Shown here in pieces: positions 37,067-48,227 of a stretch of DNA of 64,000 bases. Below the pieces are notes generated by a model. It searched no databases and was not told the origin of the DNA. It saw nothing but the letters and a program-made list of their open reading frames with translations. Origin of the DNA: Ranitomeya imitator. Its lineage: Eukaryota. The position numbers and the translations under genes are program-made. How positions within the stretch are numbered: the stretch's first letter is position 1; the number at the start of each line of letters is the position of its first letter. Where the stretch lies: the NCBI RefSeq assembly GCF_032444005.1, contig NC_091283.1, positions 41,354,001-41,418,000 of the forward strand. The letters are read 5' to 3'.

Positions 37067-39503
37067 TAGTACTTTGGGCCTCCAGTACTGTTATGAACTG
37101 GTGATTTAGAACCACAATGGACCTGGTGGTTAAGAGCACTGAAAATGACCTGATAGTTACTAATAACATAGGACGAGCTCTGAGACGTGGGAACTCTGCT
37201 GACCGCAATCCCTAATCCTATCACACCACACTAGAGGTAGCCGTGGAGCGCTCCTGACCAGACCTAGGCGCCTCGGGCACAGCCTGAGAAACTAGCTAGC
37301 CCTGAAGATAGAAAAATAAGCCTACCTTGCCTCAGAGAAATTCCCCAAAGGAAAAGGCAGCCCCCCACATATAATGACTGTGAGTAAAGATGAAAATACA
37401 AACACAGAGATGAAATAGATTTTAGCAAAGTGAGGCCCGACTTACTGAATAGACCGAGGATAGGAAAGATAGCTTTGCGGTCAGCACAAAAACCTACAAA
37501 CAACCACGCAGAGGGCGCAAAAAGACCCTCCGCACCGACTAACGGTACGGAGGTGCTCCCTCTGCGTCCCAGAGCTTCCAGCAAGCAAAACAAACCAATA
37601 TAGCAAGCTGGACAGAAAAAATAGCAAACAAAAGTAACACAAGCAGAACTTAGCTTATGCAGGGCAGACAGGCCACAAGAACGATCCAGGAGAGAGCAAG
37701 ACCAATACTGGAACATTGACTGGAGGCCAGGAACAAAGAACTAGGTGGAGTTAAATAGAACAGCACCTAACGACTTAACCTCGTCACCTGAGGAAGGAAA
37801 CTCAGAAGCCGCAGCCCCACTCACATCCACCAAAGGAAGCTCATGGACAGAACCAGCCGAAGTACCACTCATGACCACAGGAGGGAGCCTGACCACAGAA
37901 TTCACAACACTAGGTCCCGCTTTTCCCATACTGAGCATGCCCATGGGACGACCTCCCATTGGAGGTCTGCGGTCAAATGCTCAGGTCCTGTAGCAGCTCA
38001 TATTGGACCACCAGGAAGGTCCTTGTCTGCTACAGCTATAAAAGGTTTGCATGGCCGCACGGCCATACGCTAGTATCAACTTATATTTTGAGCTTTGCTA
38101 CTGTGTGGTCATGTTTGCATGAGGTCAGGGTTGGCTGAAATAAGCCCCTAGAATACTGGCACCTCCGGTGAGGGGTTTTGTGTGTTTGGATTCTGGTCTT
38201 GGCTGAAATAAGCCCCTAGAATATCGACACCTCCAGTGAGGAGTTGTTTGTGTGCTATGCTGACTGCATGACCACAGTTTTGCTCTGTTTGGGAGCTGTG
38301 TTCCTCTGTGAGATTAACAGGGCACAGCGTTTCCCTATCCTAGCGATTCTGTGAAGTAACAGAGTTCGCTAATACCACCATATAGCGCCGCCAATTGCTA
38401 GCAGCAGGTTCCTCTCCTGCACGGTGGACCCCGGGTTGCGAACGCACCTATTATTACATATACTGTATTTATACTCGGTGCGTTCCGCCAACCCTAACAC
38501 TTAATTCCCCCTTATTCATCAGTTCTTAATGCAATTGCTACTTTCGCACCCCCAAATTATCACTTTAATGTACATGTTAAGGTGGGACTTTATATCTTTC
38601 AGGGTATGCAGGTTGGCTATCCGCCAGAATGAAGAAAACTATCTCACTAATATTTACCTTACTCTTCACCTACCAATTTATTCTGTATTTTTAAATTTTT
38701 CTAAAATGTAACCTCAATTATGCTCCTGTGGCAAAGCCACAATGATTCTTAACCCCTTAACGACCGCCGATACGCCTTTTAACGGCGGCCGCTAAGGGTA
38801 CTTAAACCACAGCGCCGTTAATTAACGGCGCTGTGGAAAAAGTAAATAGTGCCCCCCAGAGTCGGATTTTCTCCGGGGGTCTCGGCTGCCGGGGGTAGCC
38901 GAGACCCCAGAGAACATGATTCGGGGGGGGTTTTACCGACCCCGCATTTGCGATTGCCGGTAATTAATCGTTTACCGGCGATCGCAAAAAAAAAAAAACG
39001 CGATTTCTTTTTAATTTCTCTGTCCTCCGATGTGATCGCACATCAGAGGACAGAGAAATGGGGTCCCAGGTAGCCCCCCAATACTTACCTGTCTCCCCCG
39101 GTGCTCCTCGTGGCTCCCGATAGGCTCCACCATCTTCAAAATGCGCCCGCCGGCCGGCACTGGGAGAATCTTTGGGGTCTCGGCTGCCGGGAGTAGCCGA
39201 GACCCCAAAGAACATGATAGGGGTCGGTTTTACCGACCCCTGTTTTGCGATCGCCGGTAATTAACTGTTTACCGGCGACCGCAAAAAAAAAGCAAAGTGT
39301 AATTCTCTGTCCTCTGATGTGATCGCACATCAGAGGACAGAGAAATAGGGGGATTCGGGGACCCTATTATACTCACCAGTGTCCCTGGGTCCTCCTGCTG
39401 CTCCTCCTGGCTGCCGGCATCTTCTTGGCAAAAGAAAATGGCGGGCGCATGCGCAGTGCACCCGCCATCTGTCGCCATCTGCCGGCCGGCAGGAGAAGAG
39501 CAG

Positions 39504-40620
39504 TTGGGGCTAAAATTAGGGTTAGGGCTAGGGTTAGGGCTAGGGTTAGGATTAGGGCTAGGGTTAAGGCTAGGGCTTGGGTTAGGGTTAGGGTTGGGGC
39601 TAAATTTAGGGTTAGGGTTGGGGCTAAATTTAGGGTTAGGGTGGGGGCTAAATTTAGGGTTAAGCTTCTTTCACACTTATGTCGGTACAGGGCCGTCGCA
39701 ATGCGTCGGCCCGACATACCGATGCACGTTGTGAAAATTGTGCACAATGTGGGCAGCGGATGTAGTTTTTCAACGCATCCGCTGCCCAATCTATGTCCTG
39801 GGGAGGATGGGGCAGAGTTACGGCCACACATGCACGGTCAGAAATGGCGGACGCGACGTACAAAAAAACGTTACATTGAACGTTTTTTGTGCCGACGGTC
39901 CGCCAAAACACAACTGATCCAGTGCACGACGGACGCGACATGTGGCCATCCGTCACGATCCGTCGGCAATACAAGTCTATGGGCAAAAAACGCATCCTGT
40001 GGGCACATTTGCAGGATCCGTTTTTTGTCCAAAACGACGGATTGCGACGGATGCCAAACGACACAAGTGTGAAAGTAGCCTTAGGGCTAGGGTTAGGGTT
40101 GGGGCTAAAATTAGGGTTAGGGTTTGGATTAGGGTTAGGGTTTGGATTAGGTTTGGCATTAGGGTTACGCTTGGGATTAGGGTTAGGTTTGGGATTAGGG
40201 TTAAGGTTAGGGTTGTGATTAGGGCTAGGGTTAGGGTTGGGGCTAAAGTTAGGGCTAGGGTTGGGGCTAAAGTTAGGGTTAGAGTTGGGATTAGGGTTAG
40301 GGTTTGGATTAGGGTTGGTATTAGGGTTAGGGTTGGCATTAGGGTTACGCTTGGGATTAGGGTTAGGTTTGGGATTAGAGTTAAGGTTAGGGTTGTGATT
40401 AGGGGTGTATTGGGATTAGAGTTAGGTTTGAGGTTAGGGTTGAGATTAGGATTAGGGGTGTGTTGGATTTAGGGTTTTGATTAGGGTTATGGTTAGGGTT
40501 GACATTAGGGTTGTTTTGGGGTAAGGGTTGTGATTATCGTTAGGGTTAGTGATTAGGATTATGGATCGGGTTGGGATTAGGGTTAGGCGTGTGTTGGGGT
40601 TAGGGTTGGAGCTAGAATTG
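39504..40620 (+). repeat. Degenerate (TTAGGG)n-like tract interrupted by a MITE
   Basis: TTAGGG mixed with TTGGGG, CTAGGG, ATTAGG. Confidence 0.9.
39663..40080. mobile_element. PIF/Harbinger-type MITE
   Basis: TTA at 39660-39662 and 40081-40083; TIR ~GGCTACTTTCACACTT; palindromic interior. Confidence 0.85.
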
Positions 40621-42000
40621 GGGGGTTTCCACTGTTTAGGCACATCAGGGGGTCTCCAATCACAACAGCCAATTTTGCGCTCAAAAAGTCAAATGGTGCT
40701 CCCTCCCTTCTGAGCTCTGCCGTGCCCAAACAGTGGTTTACCCCCACATATGGCACATCAGTGTACTCGGGATAAATTGGACAACAACTATTGCGGTCCA
40801 ATTTCTCCTGTTACCCTTGTGAAAATAAAAACTTGGGGGCTACAATATCTTTTTTGTGGAAAAAAAAAATATTTCTTATTTTCACGACTCTGCATTCTAA
40901 ACTTCTGTGAAGCACTTGGGCATTCAAAGTTCTCACCACACATCTAGATAAGTTCCTTGGGGGTCTAGTTTCCAAAATGGGGGCACTTGTGGAGGGTTTC
41001 TACTGTTTAGGTACATCAGGGGATCTGCAAACGCAACATAACGCCCGCAGACCATTCTATCAAAGTCTGCATTCCAAAACGGCACTCCTTCCTTCCGAGC
41101 TCTGCCGTGCGCCCAAACAGTGGTTTACCCCCACATATGGGGTACCAGCATACTCAGGATAAATTGGACAACAACTTTTGTGGTCCGATTTCTCTTGTTA
41201 CCCTTGTGAAAATAAAAACTTCGGGGCTAAAAAAATCTTTTTTGTTGAAAAAAAATATTTTTTATTTTCACGACTCTGCATTCTAAACTTCTGTGAAGCA
41301 CTTGGGCATTCAAAGTTCTCACCACACATCTAGATAAGTTCCATGGGGGGTCTAGTTTCCAAAATGGGATCACTTGAGGGGGGTTTCCACTGTTTAGGCA
41401 CATCAGGGGCTCTCCAAACGCGACATGGCGTCCGAGCTCAATTCCAGACAATTCTACATTGAAAAAGTAAAACGGCACTCCTCCTCTTCCAAGCTGTGTG
41501 GTGCGCCCAAACAGTGGTTTACCCCCACATATTGGGTATCAACGTATTCAGGCGAAATTGCACTACAACTTTTGTGGTCTAATTTCTCCTGTTACCCTTG
41601 TGAAAATCAAAATTTGGGGGCAAAATATCATTTTTGTAGAAAAAAATGCGATTTTTTTATTTTCACGGCTCAACGTTATAAACTTCTGTGAAGCACATGG
41701 GGGTTTAAAGTGCTCACCACACATCTAGATAAGTTCCTTAAGGGGTTTAGTTTCCAAAATGGTGTCACTTGTGGGGGGTTTCCACTGTTTAGGCACATCA
41801 GGGGCTCTCTAAACGCGACATGGCGTCCAATCTCAATTCCAGCCAATTCTGTATTGAAAAAGTCAAACGGCGCTCCTTCACTTCCAAGTTTTGCGGTGCA
41901 CCCAAACAGTGGTTTACCCCCACATATGGGGTATTGGCATATTCAGGAGAAATTGCATAACAAAATTTATGGTTACATTTCTGTTTTTACACTTGTGAAA
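40620..42000 (-). repeat. ~370-395 bp satellite, ~4 units, inside the piggyBac-like element
   Basis: TTTC(C/T)ACTGTTTAGG recurs at 40626, 40997, 41384, 41779. Confidence 0.9.
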
Positions 42001-42959
42001 ATAAAAAAAATGGTTCTGAATTAAAATGTTTGCAAAAAAAAGTTAAGTGTTAATTTTTTCCTTCCACATTGTTTCAGTTCCTGTGAAGCACGTAAAGGGT
42101 TAATAAACTTATTGAATGTGGTTTTGAGAACCTTGAGGGGTGTAGTTTTTAGAATGGTGTCACACTTTGTTATTTTCTATCATATAGACCCCTCAAAATA
42201 ACTTCAAATGTGATGAGGTCCCTAAAAAAAAAAATGGTGTTGTAAAAATGAGAAATTGCTGGTCAACTTTTAACCCTTATAACTCCCTAACAAAAAAAAA
42301 TGTTGTTTCCAAAATTGTGCTGATCTAAAGTAGACATGTGGGAAATGTAATTTATTAACTATTTTTCGTGACATATCTCTCTGATTTAAGGGCATAAAAA
42401 TACAAAGTTTGAAAATTGCAAAATTTTAAAAATTTTCGCCATATTTCTGTTTTTTTCATAAATAATCGCAAGTAATATCGAAGAAATGTTACCACTATCA
42501 TGAAGTACAATATGTGATGAATCAGAATCAGATTCTCAGAATCAGCGGGATCCGTTGAAGCGTGCCAGAGTTATAACCTCATAAAGTGACAGTGGTCAGA
42601 ATTGCAAAAATTGGCTCGGTCATTAAGTACCAAATTGGCTCTGTCACTAAGGGGTTAAATAAGGATTGTTTTATTGTCCCCTGATTAGGGTCTCTGTTGT
42701 GATGACCCCTCATAGTCTGAGGGGCAAGTTCCTTAGTTAATGTAAAAAGGCATAAATCCATGCAACACATTCATTTTTCTATCTACTGGCTAACAGGGTA
42801 CCAAGTTATATATCTTTCTTGTATCAGGATCTCTTAGCATTTCACAGGTGATAGTTCCATCATCTGCTCCAGCTTTAACTCCGTCACCTATGGAAATCCT
42901 GAAAATATGGCCTGTTGGTGGGTCTTGAGGACTGGAGTTGAGAAACACTGGTCTAGATC

Positions 42960-44170
42960 ATAGAGAATCCAATGAGCACATTCATTGGTCAAATTGACAT
43001 TGACTGTCACTCATCATTTCCACACATCCTAAGTACAGGCCACCAGTTTTGTACTCATGGAAAAACCATTACGCCTAGGCCTTAGAGAATCCAATGAGCA
43101 CAACTATTGGTCACAATGATATTGATGCTCAACACAAATTGGATTTTTAGGCCAAATTCGCACAAACTGTCAAATTTTAATTTCGCCATATCCGCTCATA
43201 ATTACCACACATCCTAAGTACCGGACACCAGTTTTATATACATGGATAAGCCCTTTATGCCCTGGCCATAGAGAATCCAATGAGCACAATCATTGGTCAC
43301 ATTGATATTGATGCCCAATAGAGCACTAAAATGTTCGGATGCTCTTTACTCAAACCAAGCAATTCCTAATGCTTGGGTGCTCATTCCAGGTAAGAACTAT
43401 AATGGGAGAACTGGATGGGTTAGACCCCTCTAAGCATCTCTAACTCCCAGATCACTGCTGAGAACAATGGTGTCATACTTTCACTCCACATGAAGGACTG
43501 ACAACAAACATTCAAAATTGATGAGAAATTAGAGTGTACATGAAAAAAAATGTTAAGAAACATTTTTCATGCATAATGACTTGTATATAAGGCAAAATCT
43601 GAAAATAATTTAAAAAACATAATAATTTAAGCTTAAAAACATTTAATTTTGCATAAAATCTTATTACATTTTTATTAATTTATGATTAAAAAAATTGAAA
43701 TTTCAGTGTAATTTATGAAGGAAGCAAGAACTGCCAAAAATTAGATGAAAGAGGGACTCAGAAACATCTTGTATTAGAGATAAAAGAGGGCCTCATACAC
43801 ATTATGTTCAAATTGTCATGCACTAGTACTCCTAGACTTATAAAAGCAATGCACTAAGTGCAAAAATTAGAAGCAGGGTTATCCATACACCCTTGAAAGC
43901 ACCAACTGTAGTGTCTCCTTCAAATATTGTACACAAAGTGTAGTTGGGTACTCCTACACTCAAGAAACCTCTGCACACAGTACAAAGCTAGAAAAAATAT
44001 ATGAGAAGGGTCATCCATACACCATTGAAAGCACCAAGTGGACAGCCTCATAAAAAATTAACAAAGTGTAGTTCATGTATTCCTACACTCATAAAGGCTT
44101 TGCACAAAGTGTAAGGAGGGTCATCCATACACCTTTGAAGGCAACAGCTGGATGGCCTCATTCAAATATT
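42960..44170 (+). repeat. Two degenerate tandem repeats (~120-185 bp and ~120-135 bp units)
   Basis: TAGAGAATCCAATGAGCACA at ~42961, 43084, 43269 (also ~46576); TCCATACAC..TTGAA.GCA at ~43882, 44024, 44123. Confidence 0.7.
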
Positions 44171-44264
44171 GAACATTGCGGCGATTATCTGGTGGTATGG
44201 AAAAGTGGGGGCTAATCCAGGCATTGTTAATTTTTTTATCAGAGTGAGATGTCTCAGGCCTGAC

Positions 44265-44716
44265 CCTGACTCCTATTTCAGCCCTATGCTGAAACCTCCA
44301 CCCGCCACCCAGTGATAAGACCACACACCAACCTACACAGAAAGTACAGACAGGGAAAACTAAAAACGCACCACGCCACAGACACACAGGAAAACACTAT
44401 AATGTGCACAGGGCAAAAATAAACACAAATATAGGAAGGAGAAATATGACAAAGGATAATACACCACCAGATACGATACTTCAACTCCTAGACCACCACT
44501 CAAGACCGAGATCAACAGGCACAAGACACAAGCTATAATCGGCGACGCCCAAAGTCCAGAATGACTACTTAAAGGCCACGGGCGTGACCCAGCCTCCAAC
44601 CAGACCACCAGCCAGATTAACCCTGGATAACCTGGATAAAATCTAGCCGGCACCACTGAGTGTATAGTGGACAAATGTGGAATTACCGCTGTCTGTCGGA
44701 CGCCCTAGTGTGAACA
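44265..44716 (-). mobile_element. Probable LTR fragment
   Basis: Ends GTGTGAACA (TGTTCAC start on minus strand); A-rich plus strand like the other minus-strand LTRs here. Confidence 0.45.
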
Positions 44717-45170
44717 GCGTCCGACATGACAACCATCTTTACAAACTTTTCCCTCCTTGTCAAAAATACCCCGTCATCAGGCCCAGGATGATGGGATGGT
44801 GTCAAAAAATTAACCAAGGCCTTTGACATTATACACCTGCCACTGCTATGTGTCTCCCTCACGTCTCCTCCTTGGTTGGGCAAGGAAACTTGCCCCCTGC
44901 CTCTAGTGTTGTCTGATGGGAATTTTTTCAACATATTTTCCGCAATTGCCTTCTGGTATAGCATCAATTTAGAAGACCTCTCTGCCTCAGCAAGAAGAGA
45001 TGCAAAGTTCTCCTTGTAGCCTGGGTCTAGCAGGGTGAACAGCCAGTACTATTTTTTGGCCAAGATAAATATAATGCAAAGGTCACAGGAAAGGAAGTGG
45101 TACATAAAGTCGACAATATGTGACAAGCTCCATACAGCCAACATTTTCCTGTCTCCACCATGATGACGAC
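44717..45170 (-). pseudogene. hAT transposase relic
   Basis: Minus strand reads YWLFTLLDPGYKENFASLL, resembling the hAT LDPRYK motif. Confidence 0.6.
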
Positions 45171-45179
45171 TCTCCATGT

Positions 45180-46530
45180 CATAGAATCATAGAATGATAG
45201 AGTTGGAAGGGACCTGCTGGGTCATCGTGTCCAACCCCCTGCTCAATGCAGCGCAGGATTCACTAAACCGACTCAAATAGATACCTGTCCAGCCTCTGTT
45301 TGAAGACTTCCATTGAAGGAGAACTCACCACCTCTCGTGGCAGCCGGTTCCACTCATTGATGACCTTCACTATCAAAAATATTTTTCTAATATCTACTCT
45401 GTATCTTCTCCCTTTCAGTTTAATTCCATTGCTTCTCATGTTTCCATATGCAAATGAGAATAATGATGATCCCTCTACACTGTGACAGCCCTTCAAATAT
45501 TTGTAGACAGCAATTAAGTCTCCTCTTAAGGGGGAGTCACGCTTTTGGTGACATAGCAACGATCCCGCTAACGATCTCGTTATGTGTGACAGCGACCAAC
45601 GATCAGGCCCCTGCTGGGAGATCGTTGGTCGTTGGGGAATGATCAGGACCATTTTTTGGTCACTGATCACCCACTGTCATCGCTGGATCGGAGTGTGTGA
45701 CGCCGATCCAGTGATGTGTTCACTTGTAACCAGGGTAAATATCGAGTTACTAAGCGCAGGGCCGCGCTTAGTAACCCAATATTTACCCTGGTTACCATTG
45801 TAAAAGTTAAAAAAAACCAGTACATACTCACATTCTAATGTCTGTCACCTCCCCCGGCGTCCACAGGGTTAAAACTGCTTTCGGCAGGAGCGCTGCTAAT
45901 GCACGCGCTCCGGCCGAGAGCTTCCCTGCACTGTGTCAGCGCCGGCCGTAAAGCAGAGCACAACGGTGACGTCACCGCTGTTACTGCCGGCGCTGACACA
46001 GTCAGTTACTGCCGGCGGGGGACGTGACAGACATCAGAATGTGAGTATGTAGTTTTTTTTTTTAATTTTTGCAATGGTAACCAGGGTAAATATCGGGTTA
46101 CTAAGCGCGGCCCTGCACTTAGTAACCCGATGTTTACCCTGGTTACCCGGGTGCTGCAGGGGGACTTCGGCATTCTTGAAGACAGTTTCAACGATACCGA
46201 AGTCTTTCCCCTGATCGTTGGTCTCTGGAGAGAGCTGTCTGTGTGACAGCTCCCCAGCGACCACACAACGACTTACCAAGGATCACGGCCAGGTCGTATC
46301 GCTGGTCGTGATTGTTGGTAAGTCGTTTAGTGTGACTTAAGCTTAAGACTTCTTTTTTACAAGGTAAATATTCCCAGATTCTTTAACCGTAGGACATACT
46401 TTGCTGGCAGCTCACCATTCTGGTAGCTCTTCTCTGAACTTGCTCCAGTTCTTCAATGTCTTTTTAAAAATGTGGTGCCCAGAACTGGACACAGTATTCC
46501 AGATGAGGCCTGACCAAGGAGGAGTACAGG
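45180..46530 (-). mobile_element. CR1 3' fragment interrupted by a MITE
   Basis: LRGDLIAVYKYLKG...WNRLPREVV; resumes after 46347 with RPHLEYCVQFW-type sequence; (ATCATAGA)n tail. Confidence 0.9.
45530..46342. mobile_element. Palindromic MITE (Harbinger-like; TTAA flanks)
   Basis: TTAA both sides; internal hairpins AACCAGGGTAAA...TTTACCCTGGTT at ~45728-45795 and ~46058-46146. Confidence 0.8.
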
Positions 46531-48026
46531 TTACCAGTTTTCTACTCATGGAAAAAGCCTTCACGCCTAGACCATAGAGAATCCAATGAGCACAACCATT
46601 GGACTCGTTGACATAGATTCTCATGCGAAAGACCCTAAAGAAATCCAAAACGACATCTTATTTTTCTAATTCGTGAGTCTAAAGCCTTGTATATCCATAT
46701 TCTAAAGATGTTTTGGAAGGAAATGATTTATCCATCGAGTATATAATGATCTATTTCCCGCTTTAAATACAATGTCACAAAGCAGCAAACACAGAATGAT
46801 CTATGGCCTAAGCCCGCTAGTGAAAATAAACAATGTTTGTCTGTCAGTAGAAATATAGTAAATGCGTCTGCCTCCTCCGAGCAGTCACGTCTTTGTACAA
46901 TTCCATTTCAGCATGGAAGATCGGGTTTTTGTACTAACGTTGAATAAAATGCTCCATTGCTGGTGTTAAAGGCTGAGCAACCTGTCCATCATCCAACCAA
47001 TGTTGTGAGGTGAGACAACCCTGAGCTGGGGGTAGGGAGAGGTTCCGGTGGAACAGCTGAGTAGTCTGTTTCAGCTCATTTATTCAGCATGGTTATTTTT
47101 TCAGAAAAAAAGTAATCCCCACGCAGACACCTTTGCAAGAGAGAAGCATACTGATGGAGCTGGTATAATTTACCAGTAGACTTTTAATGGGCTCGGACCA
47201 CCTGGGATGGACATTGTGCAGAAATACGTTGGTTTGGGTTATGGATTCCAGGACATAAAAGGGATAAATGATTCCCTGTCCAATTTTGCATGGTGTTAGT
47301 CTGGACGCTGGATGCGGGAAGGGTTAACACGTTCTGTATGTATTGCAAAGTGCTGAGCTCAGGGGATTGTGCAGGCTGGTAATGAAGTGCATTGAGTACT
47401 CTCCGCATCGCTCAGTAATTAAATTCTCGGGGACAGGAGTGGGTTATATAAGCATGTTAACTGCAGCTGAGTGTGAGGAAGGCAATAAAGGAGGAGGAAC
47501 CTGCAGGCTTCGCCAGGCCACCGGTTTTCGATGCTTGGGACAAGAAACGTACATCTAATGATTAATCAGGGATGAATGACGCTATAAGGTTGAGTGTACG
47601 CTGTCCCAGATACCAAAAATACCGCCACGGACTTCTCTTTCTCTTACCGTGCACGGGAAAAAGTGGTGAGTGACAGGCCAGGGCGAGATGATGAATTATT
47701 TAGAATTTCAGATGAGCAAAGCATCGGGAAAAAAAATACAAAATCCCTTTTTTTAAGCCAAGTTTTGTATTATACTGAAAAAGTACCGCCTGCTGCCAAC
47801 GTCCAACTTCTACCAATCTCGGCGTAAAATAAGTTTCACCCCTGTAGGAAAATAATTCAGTTTTAGTTGCCGGCATTTCCATAGCATCTGTCCCCACATA
47901 CGCGATACAAATCAGATCCGTTCTCCACTTGGGCTAACAAGAAGAAATACACAATTTCCTTTTCGTAAATTGACTTCTTTTTATTTTTTTCTGGCTGGCG
48001 TTACTAAAAAAAACATACGCCATTAC

Positions 48027-48227
48027 TGAGGAGGTGGTGATGGCGAACTCAGTCGAGGGGTTCAAGAGAGGCCTGGATGTCTTCCTGGAGCAGAACAATA
48101 TTGTATCATACAATTATTAGGTTCTGTAGAAGGACGTAGATCTGGGGATTTATTATGATGGAATATAGGCTGAACTGGATGGACAAATGTCTTTTTTCGG
48201 CCTTACTAACTATGTTACTATGTTACT
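48027..48227 (+). mobile_element. CR1 3' fragment, same young subfamily as 27426
   Basis: (CTATGTTA)n tail; about 1 mismatch in ~200 bp versus the 27426 copy. Confidence 0.9.

Larger units (their letters stand above)
32096..37909 (-). mobile_element. Young full-length Sushi/Tf1-like chromovirus LTR retrotransposon
   Basis: 821-bp LTRs at 32096-32916 and 37089-37909, 8 substitutions by eye; TG..CA ends; PPT next to 32917; TSD CTAGGT. Confidence 0.98.
30186..38499 (+). mobile_element. Older Gypsy chromovirus, internally deleted, 3' LTR split by a nested insertion
   Basis: 5-bp TSD CTTAA (30181-30185 / 38500-38504); LTR starts at 30186 and 31875 share TGTTAG.TGTCGAGTT; purine tract before 31875; ends CCCTAACA. 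Confidence 0.92.
38753..42654. mobile_element. Large non-autonomous piggyBac-like element (3.9 kb)
   Basis: TTAA at 38749-38752 and 42655-42658; termini CCCCTTA...TAAGGGG; no transposase ORF. Confidence 0.75.

Noticed and set aside
37066-37088. tRNA-type PBS (TGG...)
   Set aside because: TGG starts 4 nt from the LTR, I recognise no tRNA 3' end match, and an exact intra-LTR complement explains it better
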